NCBI GenBank assembly: GCA_030324005.1 | Contig: JARDVH010000185.1 | Coordinates: forward strand, 4,280,981 to 4,344,496 | Direction: 5' to 3' | Length of the DNA: 63,516 nucleotides | Origin: Negaprion brevirostris | Lineage: Eukaryota | Notes under the pieces: model-generated | Seen by the model: the letters and a program-made list of their open reading frames with translations, nothing else | The model's database searches: none | Told to the model about the DNA's origin: nothing | Shown here: positions 1-12,212 of the stretch, piece by piece | Layout of the letters: every line of letters starts with the position of its first letter | Numbering within the stretch: position 1 is the first letter of the stretch | Translations under genes and position numbers: made by a program

Positions 1-334
1 CCCCCACACGAATTGATACAGACTTGTTCTGAGATTTAGTTTTTATTGTACATTGTGAAAGGTTATTTAAACAGGAAACGATTTTGATGAAGGTTTGCTC
101 CCCCACTCTTCACGTAATCCGTCCTGTTTCACAGATTCAAGTGAAACAGCTAAAAAATAGGCTAGAATTGATGTGCAGAAAGTGAGAGCGTGGGAAGAAA
201 ATGGCCAAAATCAGCGAGCAAAGGGGGAACTCCGACACACTTCCTGGTCCTGTGAGTTGTGTTGGAAAAGCTTTTGTGGCTGTTGGCAGGACAGGTTACC
301 TGGCAACACCTTGTCACTGAAGGATGGTAACGGT

Positions 335-435
335 TAGCAATAGTCAGCGGGAACTCAATCAGACGTTGTGTGGTCGAGTCCCACACCAGACTGAGGCTGA
401 CACTCCAGTAAATCCCGAGGGAATACTGCACTGAG
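335..435 (+). mobile_element. Old Deu-domain SINE (SacSINE1-like) head fragment
   Basis: tcagacgttgtgtggtcgagtcccacaccag...aggctgacactccagt...gagggaatactgcactg resembles the heads of the DeuSINE copies at 36190, 58440 and 63260. Confidence 0.5.
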
Positions 436-905
436 GCGCACACAGGAGACCGTGATGTTCTCCCACTGGCTGCGATTTAAGGTAATTTCTGTGCTAATCC
501 ATGGGTTTTGAGGGAGAAGGAAAATGTGGGGTGGGTGGGAAAGAGGGTAGAGTTAGATGCGAGAGCGAGTGGGAAGGCTGGGGAGTTAGTAAACATTGGG
601 GGGGGGACTTTATACAATTTTCCCTTAAATGCTGTTCCTCTTGCTCCTTGCAAGTTTCACACTCGCCACTCTGCGTAAAGAAGTTGTAGCTTAATTCCCT
701 ACTCAATTTATCAATGGCTCGTATTTCCCCACAAGCAGAAACTCTCCTATTTTTAAAAAATACTCCCCCCAAGGTTTATTTTCTCCAGCGTGTTCAGACG
801 TGCCTGGTGGTTAAACCCTTTCGGTTGTGCGTGTGTACTCATACCCCGCCCGTGGACACATTTTGGGCTGAAGTCAATTTGTACTGACTACCTCTCTCTC
901 CTCAG

Positions 906-1374
906 CTGTGCACAGCAGGAAAGCGGAGGTGCTGTGGGTTTTAAATGGACATAAACTCTTTCCAAACTGGGGTCAGCAGGTAGTGGCGACTGGGAAACTT
1001 TCTGATGCTCTTCCACTGTCATCAGTGAAGGAAACTACCCCCCCCCCCCCGAAGCACTGCACAGCTGGGGGTGCGACAGATCCTCTCAAATGGTTTTGAA
1101 TTACCCTTCACCACGGAGTGTACTTTTTCCACCCAGTCATCAAACGTCAAAGTACTACTGTTGCTAAGAATTGTGCACACTTACAGACCATTGCAGAGAC
1201 CGCGTTGCGGAGATACTTGTCCTGGAATGATTGCCAGCGGAAGGCACCGTGAGACTGAGGATGAACTGTGCTTCCCCCCACCACATGGTCCAATGAAGAT
1301 CGGGAAGCAGCAACCCTCCACTCTGCTGAGCACAACTGGAGTAACAAACAGAACGCTGCCAGAGAAACGTATTT
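906..1374 (+). other. Candidate exon of a plus-strand, probably non-coding transcript
   Basis: Branch point TACTGAC (882-888), pyrimidine tract cctctctctcctcAG (AG 904-905), donor TTT|GTAAGT at 1375; upstream donor AAG|GTAATT at 482. Confidence 0.35.
1185..1335 (-). other. Candidate 151-nt exon
   Basis: Minus-strand acceptor gttctgtttgttactccAG and donor TCT|GTAAGT; all three frames open; no recognisable protein. Confidence 0.3.
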
Positions 1375-1517
1375 GTAAGTCACTTGAGTTCTGGCCAAAG
1401 CTCTACTTAATTCTCCCTCTCCTCCCCAAAAAAACTTACTAAAATTTGCCCTCATCCCCAAATAAGGATTTATCAAAAGTATCCTAACTCTGGAACTGAC
1501 CCTGTTTTAGGTTTAGC

Positions 1518-1592
1518 TTAAGTTTATTTCGTTAGTGTCACAAATAGGCTTACATTAATACTGCAACGAAGTTACTGTGAAAATCCTTTAGG
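1518..1592 (-). mobile_element. SINE 3' tail fragment
   Basis: Reverse complement closely resembles the tail of the SINE at ~52815-52882 (ttcacag.aacttc.ttgcagt.ttaatgtaagcct..ttgtgaca). Confidence 0.7.
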
Positions 1593-1599
1593 TGCACTT

Positions 1600-3030
1600 C
1601 GATGGGGAGAATTAGTGGTATGTGGGGTCTGCTTCCAGAATGGGTGATGGCAGCGGATTCTAGTAACTTTCTATCGGGAGCTGGATAAACACTTGAAAAG
1701 GAAAAAAAAAATTGCGATGCTATAGGGAAAGAGGAAGGAGCATGTGGTTTACTGAATGGCTCTGTTAAAAAGCCAGCAGACAGGATAACCTTTTCCTTCT
1801 CAAACAAGCGGCATCATAATTCTGGGTGCCACCGTGTAACAAACAGCAGAGCTAAATTGATAAATTGTGCAGAAATAGCTCTATTTATTCCTGAGATGTG
1901 CAGACTGACAGGCTTGCGAAAATTACAAAACACCCGAGAAGTTGGCCACAGGCCAGAAAGGAGACAATGTTGGCGAACATTTGTTTTTGTCTGGGTGGGT
2001 GGGTACACAATGCTGTCACCCAGTGGTCAGCATTAGGACCACAGTTTTTCGATATACACAATTAACAGCCCGGATCTGCGTTTAAGGGAGACAATTTCAA
2101 AGTTTGGAAAATACTCTAAAATCGAGAGTTCAGGAGAATATAGAAGAATGAAACAACAGACACACGGCAGATGAAATTTAATAGTTTTAAAGATGATGCA
2201 GGGACAGAGGCATCTCAGAGTGTAATCTAAGGGAAAAATACAGAAAGTATGTTCTTACAGAAGCAAAGAAGTTATGCCAACCCTTCGTAAATCTCTGGTT
2301 AGAGTCCAACTGGATTATTAAGGCTAATTCTGGGCACAACACTTTAGGAAGGATGTCAAAGGTTAACCAGTAAGAAATCTCACAACACTAGGTTAAAGTC
2401 CAACAGGTTTATTTGGAATCATGAGCTTTCAGAGCACTGCTCCTTTATTAGGTGAGTGGAGAGGTAATTTTCACAAAAACAAGTCATTTGTAGACAATTG
2501 CAAAATAATGGTTGGAATGCAAGTCTTCCAACCTTAAAAAGGAATCTCAAAAGACACATTCCAACCACTATCTTGCAGTTGTGTCTGTCTATATATGGTA
2601 TGTCTACCTCTCCACTCACCTGCAGGAGCAGTGCTCCAAAAGCTATGATTCCAAATAAACCTGTTGGACTTTAACCTGCTATTGAGCGACTTGTTACTGT
2701 ACCTACCCCAGTTTAATGATGGCATCTCCACATCAAGGGTACCATAGATTCAGAAACCTTCAGTTACGTGGAGAGATTAAAGAAACTGTTGATGTTCAGA
2801 GAGGAGAGAAATAAGAGGTGTTTAAGTCATGANNNNNNNNNNCGGTAGAAAGGTTGCAAACCAATGGACGCATTCAACGTAACTGGTAAAAGAACCAGAG
2901 GCAACATGACAGCAAAATAATTATCTAGCAAATGATCAGAAAGGGCTTTTGGAAGCAGAATCAATAATGTCCAAAACAATATTGGCTAAATGAGAAAAAT
3001 TTTACACTAGTGACAAAATAGCAGAGGAAT
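1600..3030 (+). mobile_element. Decayed CR1 LINE fragments (3' end and RT pieces), interrupted by a Penelope-derived insert
   Basis: Degenerate PQGSVLGP / ISKFADD / KSLVRPQLEY-QFWAPHFRKD-like coding at ~2010-2365; resumes at ~2740. Confidence 0.7.
2369..2735. mobile_element. Penelope-like element remnant with inverted pseudo-LTRs
   Basis: ~100-bp inverted repeat (2369-2468 vs 2605-2698); each arm has a degenerate hammerhead core around ggagcagtgctc and the aataaacctgttggactttaacct tail. Confidence 0.8.
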
Positions 3031-3758
3031 GCAACTAGAATCATTACAGCACATAACAGGCTGTGGTAGCTTTCTGAAAGAGCAATTCACCTAATGCCAT
3101 GACCCACATTCTCCCCATAGCCTTGCACTTCCTTTAAGATAATTCAGTTCTCTTGAATACCTCAATTGAATGTACCTCCACCATACTTCCAATTACCTCT
3201 TTTTCTCAATCCTTCCACCAATGGAAGTTTCTCCCTCGTGAATACCTCTATCAAATCTCAAACTTCTTCAAAGAAAGTCCCAACTACCCCAATCGNNNNN
3301 NNNNNNNNNNNNNNNNNNNNNNNNNNNNNNNNNNNNNNNNNNNNNNNNNNNNNNNNNNNNNNNNNNNNNNNNNNNNNNNNNNNNNNNNNNNNNNNNNNNN
3401 NNNNNNNNNNNNNNNNNNNNNNNNNNNNNNNNNNNNNNNNNNNNNNNNNNNNNNNNNNNNNNNNNNNNNNNNNNNNNNNNNNNNNNNNNNNNNNNNNNNN
3501 NNNNNNNNNNNNNNNNNNNNNNNNNNNNNNNNNNNNNNNNNNNNNNNNNNNNNNNNNNNNNNNNNNNNNNNNNNNNNNNNNNNNNNNNNNNNNNNNNNNN
3601 NNNNNNNNNNNNNNNNNNNNNNNNNNNNNNNNNNNNNNNNNNNNNNNNNNNNNNNNNNNNNNNNNNNNNNNNNNNNNNNNNNNNNNNNNNNNNNNNNNNN
3701 NNNNNNNNNNNNNNNNNNNNNNNNNNNNNNNNNNNNNNNNNNNNNNNNNNNNNNNNNN

Positions 3759-3960
3759 GTGGGTTTCCTCCGGGTGCTCTGGTTTCCTCCCATAGTCCAA
3801 AGATGTGCGGGTTAGGTTGATTGGCTATGCTAAAAATTGCCCCTTAGTGTCCTGAGCTGCATAGGTTAAGAGGGATATGGAGGTAGGGCCTGGGTGGGAT
3901 TGTGGTCAGTGCAGACCCGATGGGCTATATGGTCCCTTTCTGCATTGTAGTGTTTCTATG
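3759..3960 (+). mobile_element. HE1/V-SINE 3' portion (head lost in N gap)
   Basis: gtgggtttcctccgggtgctctggtttcctccca...ccaaagatgtgcgggttagg core; tail tttctgcattgtagtgtttctatg; homologous to 50140-50483. Confidence 0.9.
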
Positions 3961-4063
3961 GAAGTTCTACACCATCCTCCTCACAGGCCCTGTAAACCAA
4001 GATCTAGATCATTAATATAATCAGGATAAGCAGAGGCCCTAACATATTTCTCTAGTGTCAGCC

Positions 4064-4101
4064 TTTAATCCAAAGGTTGAGATTTAAACCTTTGGATTAA
4101 A
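4064..4101. repeat. Perfect 15-bp inverted repeat, 8-nt loop
   Basis: TTTAATCCAAAGGTT-gagattta-AACCTTTGGATTAAA. Confidence 0.9.
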
Positions 4102-4365
4102 AGTATAACTTCTTAAAGTATCCTTTTAGACACCAAGTTGCAAAATCTGAACTGAATTTTGACATTGCATTAGACCACAGACCACAAAGATCACTGCACC
4201 AAGAATATGATCAGCCAAGCTCAAAACGAATAGCGAAGCAGGCTTGAAGGACCAAATGGCCTCCTCCTGCTTCTAGTTTCTATGTTAATTCAAAATGACA
4301 GGAGACAAAACCAGAAAGTCTAAACTATTAAGTGGATTTTTTGTTTTTGCTTTTATTTTTCATAG

Positions 4366-4561
4366 GTGATTGTTACACAGTATCATTGAGGATGAAACAA
4401 GCGGCCTCTGCGTCTTAACCNNNNNNNNNNNNNNNNNNNNNNNNNNNNNNNNNNNNNNNNNNNNNNNNNNNNNNNNNNNNNNNNNNNNNNNNNNNNNNNN
4501 NNNNNNNNNNNNNNNNNNNNGGCCTCTGCGTATTAACCAGGAGCTCCTTCTGCGATTTGCT
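4366..4561 (+). other. Candidate plus-strand exon spanning a spurious 100-N gap
   Basis: Strong acceptor ttttttgtttttgcttttatttttcatAG, donor GCT|GTAAGC; stops in all frames once the gap is closed. Confidence 0.3.
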
Positions 4562-6570
4562 GTAAGCGTCGAGCCATATTGGAGCAGCACACGCAATAGT
4601 GGCAAGACAGGATTGGAACCTGCCAATATTTATGTGCTGCTAAAGCAGAGTCGACAGTGTGCTCCATTTTCTCACCCTGGCACCAGGAATCTCAAAACCC
4701 CACGTCCACCGATCTGATTAAACAGACAACGGCACAATCTGACATCTTTAAAACATGTATTTTAAGCACTTTACACGTACATAAATGTCAAAGGGTTAAA
4801 CTGAGTCACTGGCTAAGGAAAGCTATAAACAATCTGTTCCTCACGGCTCAATCTTTGACCAGGTCGTGCTTTATTAAAGTTCACAAGTTCATTTGGGGAA
4901 GAAAGGCCATTCAATCCACAACATTCCAAATCTGATTTCTCTGCAAACTTTTCAGACGTAAAAGAATCTGGCTCTAATCTTAAAAACTGCAGTCAACATT
5001 GAGTGGTGGATTTGTCAGGTGTAGCACAGAGTGCTGAGGGGGTCTCAATAGTATTCATGGGGAGAAACTTCCACTGGTGGAAGGATTGAGAAGCAGAGAT
5101 AAGGTGCAGTAGCTAGAAACCATTCAGAGGATTAAATGGTTTTTGTGCATCCATCAGCAAACTATATATTTCACATGTATAAATATTATAGAAGCAATAT
5201 AGACATCTGATAGTCTGAAACTGCAAAGCTACATTCAATTAGACCAGCACCAAAAATGACTGACTGAATACTGCAAACTTGCTGTACAATTTGGCTGTAC
5301 CTTACATCACAGGAGTTTCCCAATTTAATACACAACAGTTTGGTTCACTACCCCATAAAAAATTGGCCTTCAATTTTAACATACATCACCCAAATTCAAG
5401 TTTGATGCCTATCTTGGTTTCCGAATCCTCTCCCCCCTTTGGTCCTTGGTGAATCTGACTGCATTTAGAGTTTAGTCCTTCGTCTCAACTGAAGAAACAT
5501 CTCGAAGCAGGTTCACTAAATGTAGTAAAACTCTGCTGGAATTGATAAGGCTCTAGATTCCATGGTTGAAGCACTAAGATTATCTGACTTTAGCAAAAAT
5601 GGCATGTACATAAGCATAAACCTCTTCAGACATGAGATGCAAATTCAAACAAATAGCTCCAGGCACTGGGAAAAGCTAACATAATTGGGCACTGTATGGA
5701 TTTACGTTTCCAACTTGGCATCAGCTTGTGATTATAATGCAGTTTAGTTCTGGATGTTCTACACACTAGCTCAAATGAGCACAGTGTGCTATACAGCTAA
5801 GGGAGGTGTTTATATATAGCACTGCAGATAGCACAAACCTCTTGTATCAAGTGAAGTGCAACTCCATACAGAAGCTTATCTTATAAAGTTATACCAAAAT
5901 AGGCTTCCATGTACAGCAGAGAATGCTTCTAAACTCTTTTGTTGACTAATTAGACTAATCTGTCTACAACTGAGAAGATATAATCAATTATTTTCTCTTC
6001 TTTGAAAGGCTGGCTCTTCTCAGTCTGAAGAAAATCATTTTTCATCTCCTTAAGCAAGCTTCAGGATACCCATCCTAATCTCTTCTCCTTAGGATCAGAG
6101 ATTTCTTACACTTACTAAATACAGGTGATTAACACCGAGTAAGCAAGCTCAAAAGATAGCAACTAGTTACTGAGCACAACTTGAGATGGAAAGTAAACAT
6201 TGGAATTTGGTGGGAATTTGAAAGGTTATTTTTGTTATAAAATCCAGTCATGTTTGCATTTTGCATTTAACGACAATCTACAGTTATGTTTCTTGCTCAG
6301 AGATAAACAAGTTCCCTGCTGGAAGGGCAGCTGCAGTTAGTTAACACGCTCGCTAGTTCACACGGATTTCTGTGGCCAGCAAAGCCCAACTCAGCTTTGT
6401 AGAATTTCAGCTAGTATAAATAGAGATGGTCTTGCTAAGCATACAAAGTAAGCAAACACGGAGATAGCAACTTAGAACTGAATCCAGCCGGAGACAGAGG
6501 GTAAACTTGGGAATTAGGTTAGGGAGTAAGTGTTTTCTGGCCCAAAGCTCTCCAAGCTTACACTTCCTCT

Positions 6571-7182
6571 GGGGCAGGACAGTGGCACAGTGGTTAGCAC
6601 TGCTGCCTCACAGCACCTGGAACCTGTGTTGGGTCACTGTCTGTGCTGAGTCTGCACATAAGAAATAGGAGCAGGAGTAGGCCATCTAGCCCTTCGAGCC
6701 TGCCACACCATTCAATAAGATCTTTCCTGCCTTCTCCCCATAACCCTTAATTCCCTTGTCTATCAGAAATCTATCAACCCATGACTTAAATATATTCCAC
6801 GAGGTAGCCTCCACCACTTCAATAGGCAGAGAATTCCAGAGATTCACCACCCTTTGAGTGAAGAAGNNNNNNNNNNNNNNNNNNNNNNNNNNNNNNNNNN
6901 NNNNNNNNNNNNNNNNNNNNNNNNNNNNNNNNNNNNNNNNNNNNNNNNNNNNNNNNNNNNNNNNNNNNNNNNNNNNNNTGCGTGGGTTTCCTCTGGGTGC
7001 TCCGGTTTCCTTCCACAGTCCAAAGATGAGCACGTTAGATGGATTGGTTTGCTAAATTGCCTCTTAATGTCAGGGAAACTAACTAGGGTAAATGCATGGG
7101 GGTTATGGGATTACGTATTGTTGTCAGTGCAGGCTTGACGGGCTGAATGCCTCCTTCTGCACTGTCAGATTCTATGATTCTT
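6571..7182 (+). mobile_element. HE1/V-SINE split by an antisense CR1 3'-end insertion
   Basis: tRNA head gtggcacagtggttagcactgctgcctcacag (6571-6657); body resumes at 6979 and ends ttctatgattc. Confidence 0.9.
6657..6866 (-). mobile_element. CR1 LINE 3' end
   Basis: Minus ORF FFTQRVVNLWNSLPIEVVEA...FKSWVDRFLIDKGIKGYG; tail atggcctactcctgctcctatttcttatg. Confidence 0.9.
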
Positions 7183-7239
7183 TTACAAAAAGGAATAGTC
7201 TGAGAAATGGAGCCAGAAACCAGCAGTGGGACAGGAGAA

Positions 7240-9060
7240 CTGAAGGCCGACAGTATTAGTGATGTAAGCAAATGAGTGTGTTTTCCCTATATAAATGGGT
7301 CAGTAGATAGACCTGGTAGAATGGTGATGTTTTGTATTACATTTATATAATGAGTAACATTTCTAAACTTAACTCGTTAACATGGCAAGAGATACGTAGC
7401 AGCTGTTTTATGGAGCTGGTGGACCCGATAATCCACAGCAACTGAATCAGCAGCTGGAGGAACTTTGGCTCACAGTCGATGCACTGGAGTTTGAGCTTCG
7501 AACACTGTGATGCATCAAGAAGGGGGAAAGTTACCTGGACGTACGTTACCCCCTAGGCTACAGATTCTGAATTTGGTCCATGGTGAGGGACAGAAGACGG
7601 TCCCAAAAGGATGCACCATCCGTGGCTAACGGATGAAAGCATAATATTCAATTAAAAAGTGTAAAATGCTGCCAAGGTTAGTGGTACACCAGAAGACTGA
7701 GGAAGTTTTAGAAATGAGAAGGGATTATTGTTAAAGAGAGAGATTGTGAGTACAGAAGAAAAATGGCAAGAATATAAAAACATAGCAAAAGCTGCTACAA
7801 GTATATAAAAAGGAAATGGGTACTTGAGTGAGTATTAGACCCTTAGAGAGAGAGAGAGAGACTGGGAAATAATAGGAAACAGCAAAGGCCAGGTATTTTG
7901 AATCACAGCAAAAGGAACAAGCATCCCAGAATAGTAGAAAATCAAGATGAGTTTGAAATGATCACTATCACTGGAAAAAAAAAGGAACTTAAGGCTGACA
8001 AAGGCTTGGGACTTGACAGCCTCAACACCACTTTCCGGTCTGTCCCTACTACTTTCAAATCCTCACCTATCAAAAATTTAACTCAATAAATTCAGAGTGG
8101 TTCTGAAGTGGAGTAGCCCCTCAACAGAGTGGCTTGACTGGCAATTTGAAGACAAGGAGGAATGATCTAGTATAAAGAGTTAAGTTACGGCTACAGGAGC
8201 AAATCTGCAAGGGAGCAGCAGAGTAGAGCACTCCCTACACACTCAGTGGGTAAGTTTTTTTCCACTTTAAAGCTACTTTAAGGTTAGAGTTCCAGCCTTT
8301 CTTTTTTAAAAAAAAGAACCTTAATTAAATTTCTACTCGGCATAAATTTAAACGTTAAATGTCTTTAAAGTTACGACAAGGGAACTCAATCCTGCGCGTT
8401 GTATTGGCTGCGGCACGTGGGAATTAGTCTGGAGAACCACATAGGCGGGAAGTGCCACAGGTTTGACCAAAGTGAGCTCCGGATTTGGGGGTTAAGTATC
8501 AGCTCAAGGCACTGAGATGCATCTGCGAGGATGAGAGAAAAATGAATAGCACGTGCAACTTCAGGAAGTGCAGTCAGAGTGATTGGCTGACCATCTCAGA
8601 AGGAGGGAGGCAGGCAGCTGAGGAGCAAGTTTTGGTCACCTTGAGGAACATACTTGTATTTGAAAGAGTTCAGAGAAGGTTCATTAGGTGGATTGCTGGA
8701 ATGTGGGGTTTGTAAAGATTTAAAAGGTTGAGCCTACACTCAGAATTAAGAATGAGAGGTGATTTTATTGAAGCCTATAAGATTCAGAGATTGAGTTTGA
8801 CAGGATAGATGCTGACAAGAACGTGGGGGACTCTAGAATTAAGAGTTTAAAAATAAGGGGTTTCTTATTTAATCAGAGATAAGAAGGAATTACTTCTGTC
8901 AGAGGGTCATTAATCTTTGGAATTCTGTCCCACAGTGAACAATGGAAGCTGGGTCATTGAATAAATTCAGGTAGAAAAGTGAAGCACAGTCAGATCAGTA
9001 AATATCTTATTGAATGGCAAAGCAGCTCAAGGTGCCCAGGCCAACCCCTGCCCCTATGAA
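7240..9060 (+). mobile_element. Mosaic of decayed CR1 LINE fragments
   Basis: ERVQRRFIRWIAGM (8660-8705); FCQRVINLWNSVP-like segment at ~8890; CR1-type 3' tail at ~9000-9060; degenerate 5' pieces at 7240-7620 and 8200-8620. Confidence 0.7.
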
Positions 9061-10094
9061 GTAACGTGGAAAGTTTTTTCTGTTATATAGGCTACATTGA
9101 TTATTCTTTACATAGAATTCCTTCCTACGTTTGGGATTTTGGGACAGTGATTAATATAAATAGTTCAAAAGCAGGGAAAGATCATCTTAAAGGGGCAGAT
9201 TGGCAGATGTACTTTCCTCACTGAGATAAGAGTAATTCCTCTTTAATGGTGCACGGTAAAGGCTGAGAATGAATAAACCTTTTCCAGAAGGGATCAGTTT
9301 AAACAACCGATGCCTGTTCAAGTATTCATCACCAACACTGTAGAGCTCACCAAAAATGATTCACTCCAGTTCTGCTGCTTGATGGGGTTGATTTATGTTA
9401 TTTTTTACTCCCATCAATATTTACAAAGATCTTTGGTTCTTGCAGATGCAAATGAGGTGGTGAGTGGATTCCATGCAAACGTTTGTGTGCCACAGCGGAA
9501 TTAGTTTAGTTCTGGATGCTCCAGAGACACTAATTATTTACACTGTCAATCCTGTAGCTATTTTTTGACCAGTGATTAGAAAATGTTAACATTGTTCTGA
9601 ATTAAAAGTTTTAATTTAAATTTGGAAGGGGTGGAGTGAACAGCATCAGGCCTTCTGAAACAGTTGGTATTTGGGAGGTTATCAGTAACAATTGAAATAC
9701 ATCTTCATAACAATGCAGTCCTGCTCATATACTGGCTCGACTTGCATCAGAAAGCATCATCTCATGAAGCACATAAATTAACGGCATTTCTGACTAGTTT
9801 TGAGACATAGTCACATGCATATATTTAAAATGTGAATTCGGACTACTTTTCTGCAATGTTTAACAAATACTAATCCATTATTCTTCCCGCAGTCATACAG
9901 ACCAGCAGTAATCCAGGTTTAATCTTGTTGTGTGGGGAGCAGATAGGAGAGTGAGGGCTCAAAAGGAGTTAAAAGCAAAAAAAAAGTACCTAAATTCTTA
10001 CTGCCAATGTAATGAGGCTGTAGATTGTTTGTATGTAGCCAAAAGAGAATAATAACCAGTTCAGCAGAATCATTGACCACCCAAGGTAGTTTAT

Positions 10095-10510
10095 TGTTTA
10101 TTCTCTCACAGGATGTTGATGCCAATGGTAAGGCAGCATTCACTGCCCTTCCCTAAATGCCCCTGAGAAGGTGGCTGTGAAACACCTGCTTGAATACACT
10201 GAGTGGCTTGATGGGGCATTTAAGAGGCAATTCAAAGCCAAACACATAATCTGGGGTCTGAAAATCGTATGTAGGCCAGGCTGGGAAAGGATGGTGATCT
10301 CCTTTCTTAAGCAACCAGTTTGATGGATTTTGATGTCAAATGGTAGTTTCACGATCACCATTACTGAGACTAGTTTTTTAGTCCAGGTTTATTTAATTCA
10401 TTGAATTTAAGCTTCCCAGCTGCAATGGTGGAATTTGAATTAATATCTTTGGATCATTGATCCAGATCTTTGGATTATTAATCCAGTATTACCACCATAC
10501 TACTGCCCCA
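10095..10510 (-). mobile_element. tRNA-headed SINE sharing its 3' tail with the LINE at 11370-12140
   Basis: Tail similar to 11375-11460; degenerate tRNA-like head (ttcaaattccacc on minus) near 10430-10505; a related copy lies at ~45590-45820. Confidence 0.6.
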
Positions 10511-11369
10511 ACAACAGTGATATAAAAAGGACAAGGGAGAGAGGGAGAGGGAGAGTGAGGAATCACAATGGCACACCTGGTCATAAATTGGGCCGATTTC
10601 TAAATGGAACAGTACGAGGTGGAATTCATAGATGCACTTAGCTGGCTAATGCTGGGTGAAGTGGAGAAAAGGTTTCCATTCCATACAAACCCCAGGAACA
10701 CGGAAGGCAGCCTTTCTGTCCCACTGCCACCTAGACTTCCCCACACTCCCCATAACAGCACACAATGGTTTGGATATTTAGTACATGCAAACCATGGTGT
10801 GCTGCTGTGCTGAATGCAGGTGTTTTGGAATGAAGGTTATGTGGAGATTGAGATAATCCAGCAATTTCCTTTAGTAGTCACTGTGAAACAAACAGGGAAA
10901 ATAACATTTAGCCAGAGATCATAAGGAATTGTACACAATTATGATGTTTCCTCCCCCTTCAACCGCCTGATATTCACCATAAAATCTTTTCATTCCATTT
11001 ACGCCAGATTGCAAAAGTCAGATATATGATATATAGAGATTAGAATCTAACCTTTAGCTTATTAGAAAAACGGTGTGCAGGCATCTGGCTGAGAAACTGG
11101 TAAAATAATTTGAATGTAAATGCAACTCAAACAAGCACAGAGTTAATGACAGTTAAAAGGTAACTTCAAGATTAGAGTTACAGTATGAAAACCATAAACA
11201 ATAGGGGGTCTTCTATCTTGGTGTAATAGAACCAGAAGGTTTGCCCTGTAAAAGATTTCAATTATGGTGTATAATTGAGATGAAAGGAAGCTGAAAGCAA
11301 TTTTGTCAACATGGACACAGGGAGTCTGGAGTAAGAGCTGTCAACTCCATTAGCAATACAAATTCACTG

Positions 11370-12140
11370 TTAATTCTTTCACAAGATGTAGGCATCACTG
11401 GCTAGGCCAGCATTTATTGCCCATCCCTAATTGAGATGGCGCTGGTGAGCTGCCTTCTTGAACTGCTGCAGGTACATCCAGGTAGGGAGTTCCATGATTC
11501 TGACCCAGCGACAGTGAAGGAACTGTGATATAGACTCAAGTCAGGATGGTGAGTAATTTGGCAGAGACCTTTGTAAGTGGTGGCAATTCGCATGTATCTG
11601 ATGCCCTTGTCCTTTGAGGTGGTAGAGGTCACAGGTTTGGAAGGTGCTGCTGAAGGACTCTTGATGAATTGCTGCAGTTGCATCTTGTAGATGATACAAG
11701 AAGGCTGCCACTGTAGAGGAAGGGGAACCAACATTGTAGGGTGTTTTGTCCTGGATGGTGGTGCACTTCTGGAGTATTGTTGAAGTTGCATTCATCCAAG
11801 TGAGTGGAGAGTATTCCATCAGACACCTAACTTGGGCAGAGATTGGAGAGAGGAGGAGAGATGCTCACTGCAGGATTCCCAATCTCTGACTTGCTCTTGT
11901 AGCCACAGTATTAAGTTGCTGGTCCACTTCAGTTTCTGGTCAATGGAAATCCTCCACGATATTGATAGTGAGGGGATTCAGAGATGGTTATGCAATTTAA
12001 TGTTAAGAGATGACAATTAGATTCCCTCTTGCTAGAGACGAGCTCTTGCACGGCATGAACGTTACCTGCTACTTTTCAACCCAAGCCTGAATGTTGTCCA
12101 GGTCTTGCTGCATATGGACATGGACCATTTCAGTTTTAGC
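11370..12140 (-). mobile_element. CR1/L2-group LINE 3' fragment
   Basis: Minus-strand MEYSPLTWMNATSTILQKCTTIQDK and SFTVAGSESWNSLP; tail gggatgggcaataaatgctggcctagccag. Confidence 0.8.
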
Positions 12141-12212
12141 AAGTACTGGACAATATGGGCGACAGAATCAAAAGGGTAGTACTGAAAGTAAAATCATTTG
12201 TTTACACCCCAA

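Larger units (their letters stand above)
1..1400. promoter_or_regulatory. CpG-retaining (probably hypomethylated) promoter-flank region
   Basis: About 38 CpG in 1-1320 by hand count versus about 5 in 31201-32160; GC box CCCCGCCC at ~844-851; ETS-like CACTTCCTG at ~238-246. Confidence 0.45.

Noticed and set aside
1147-1476. WQSFQDKYLR resembles the TERF2IP/RAP1 Myb motif WQSLKDRYLK
   Set aside because: Similarity is limited to a few residues; the rest of the Myb domain is absent
3153-3815. Long ORFs containing X runs (also at 34343, 45699, 47658-48568, 59590 and 60921)
   Set aside because: They are open only because of N gaps; the flanks are mostly SINE/CR1 or non-coding sequence
4403-4538. 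Direct repeat ggcctctgcgt(c/a)ttaacc on both sides of a 100-N gap
   Set aside because: Typical unmerged contig overlap (possibly a heterozygous site), not a real duplication or CRISPR-like repeat
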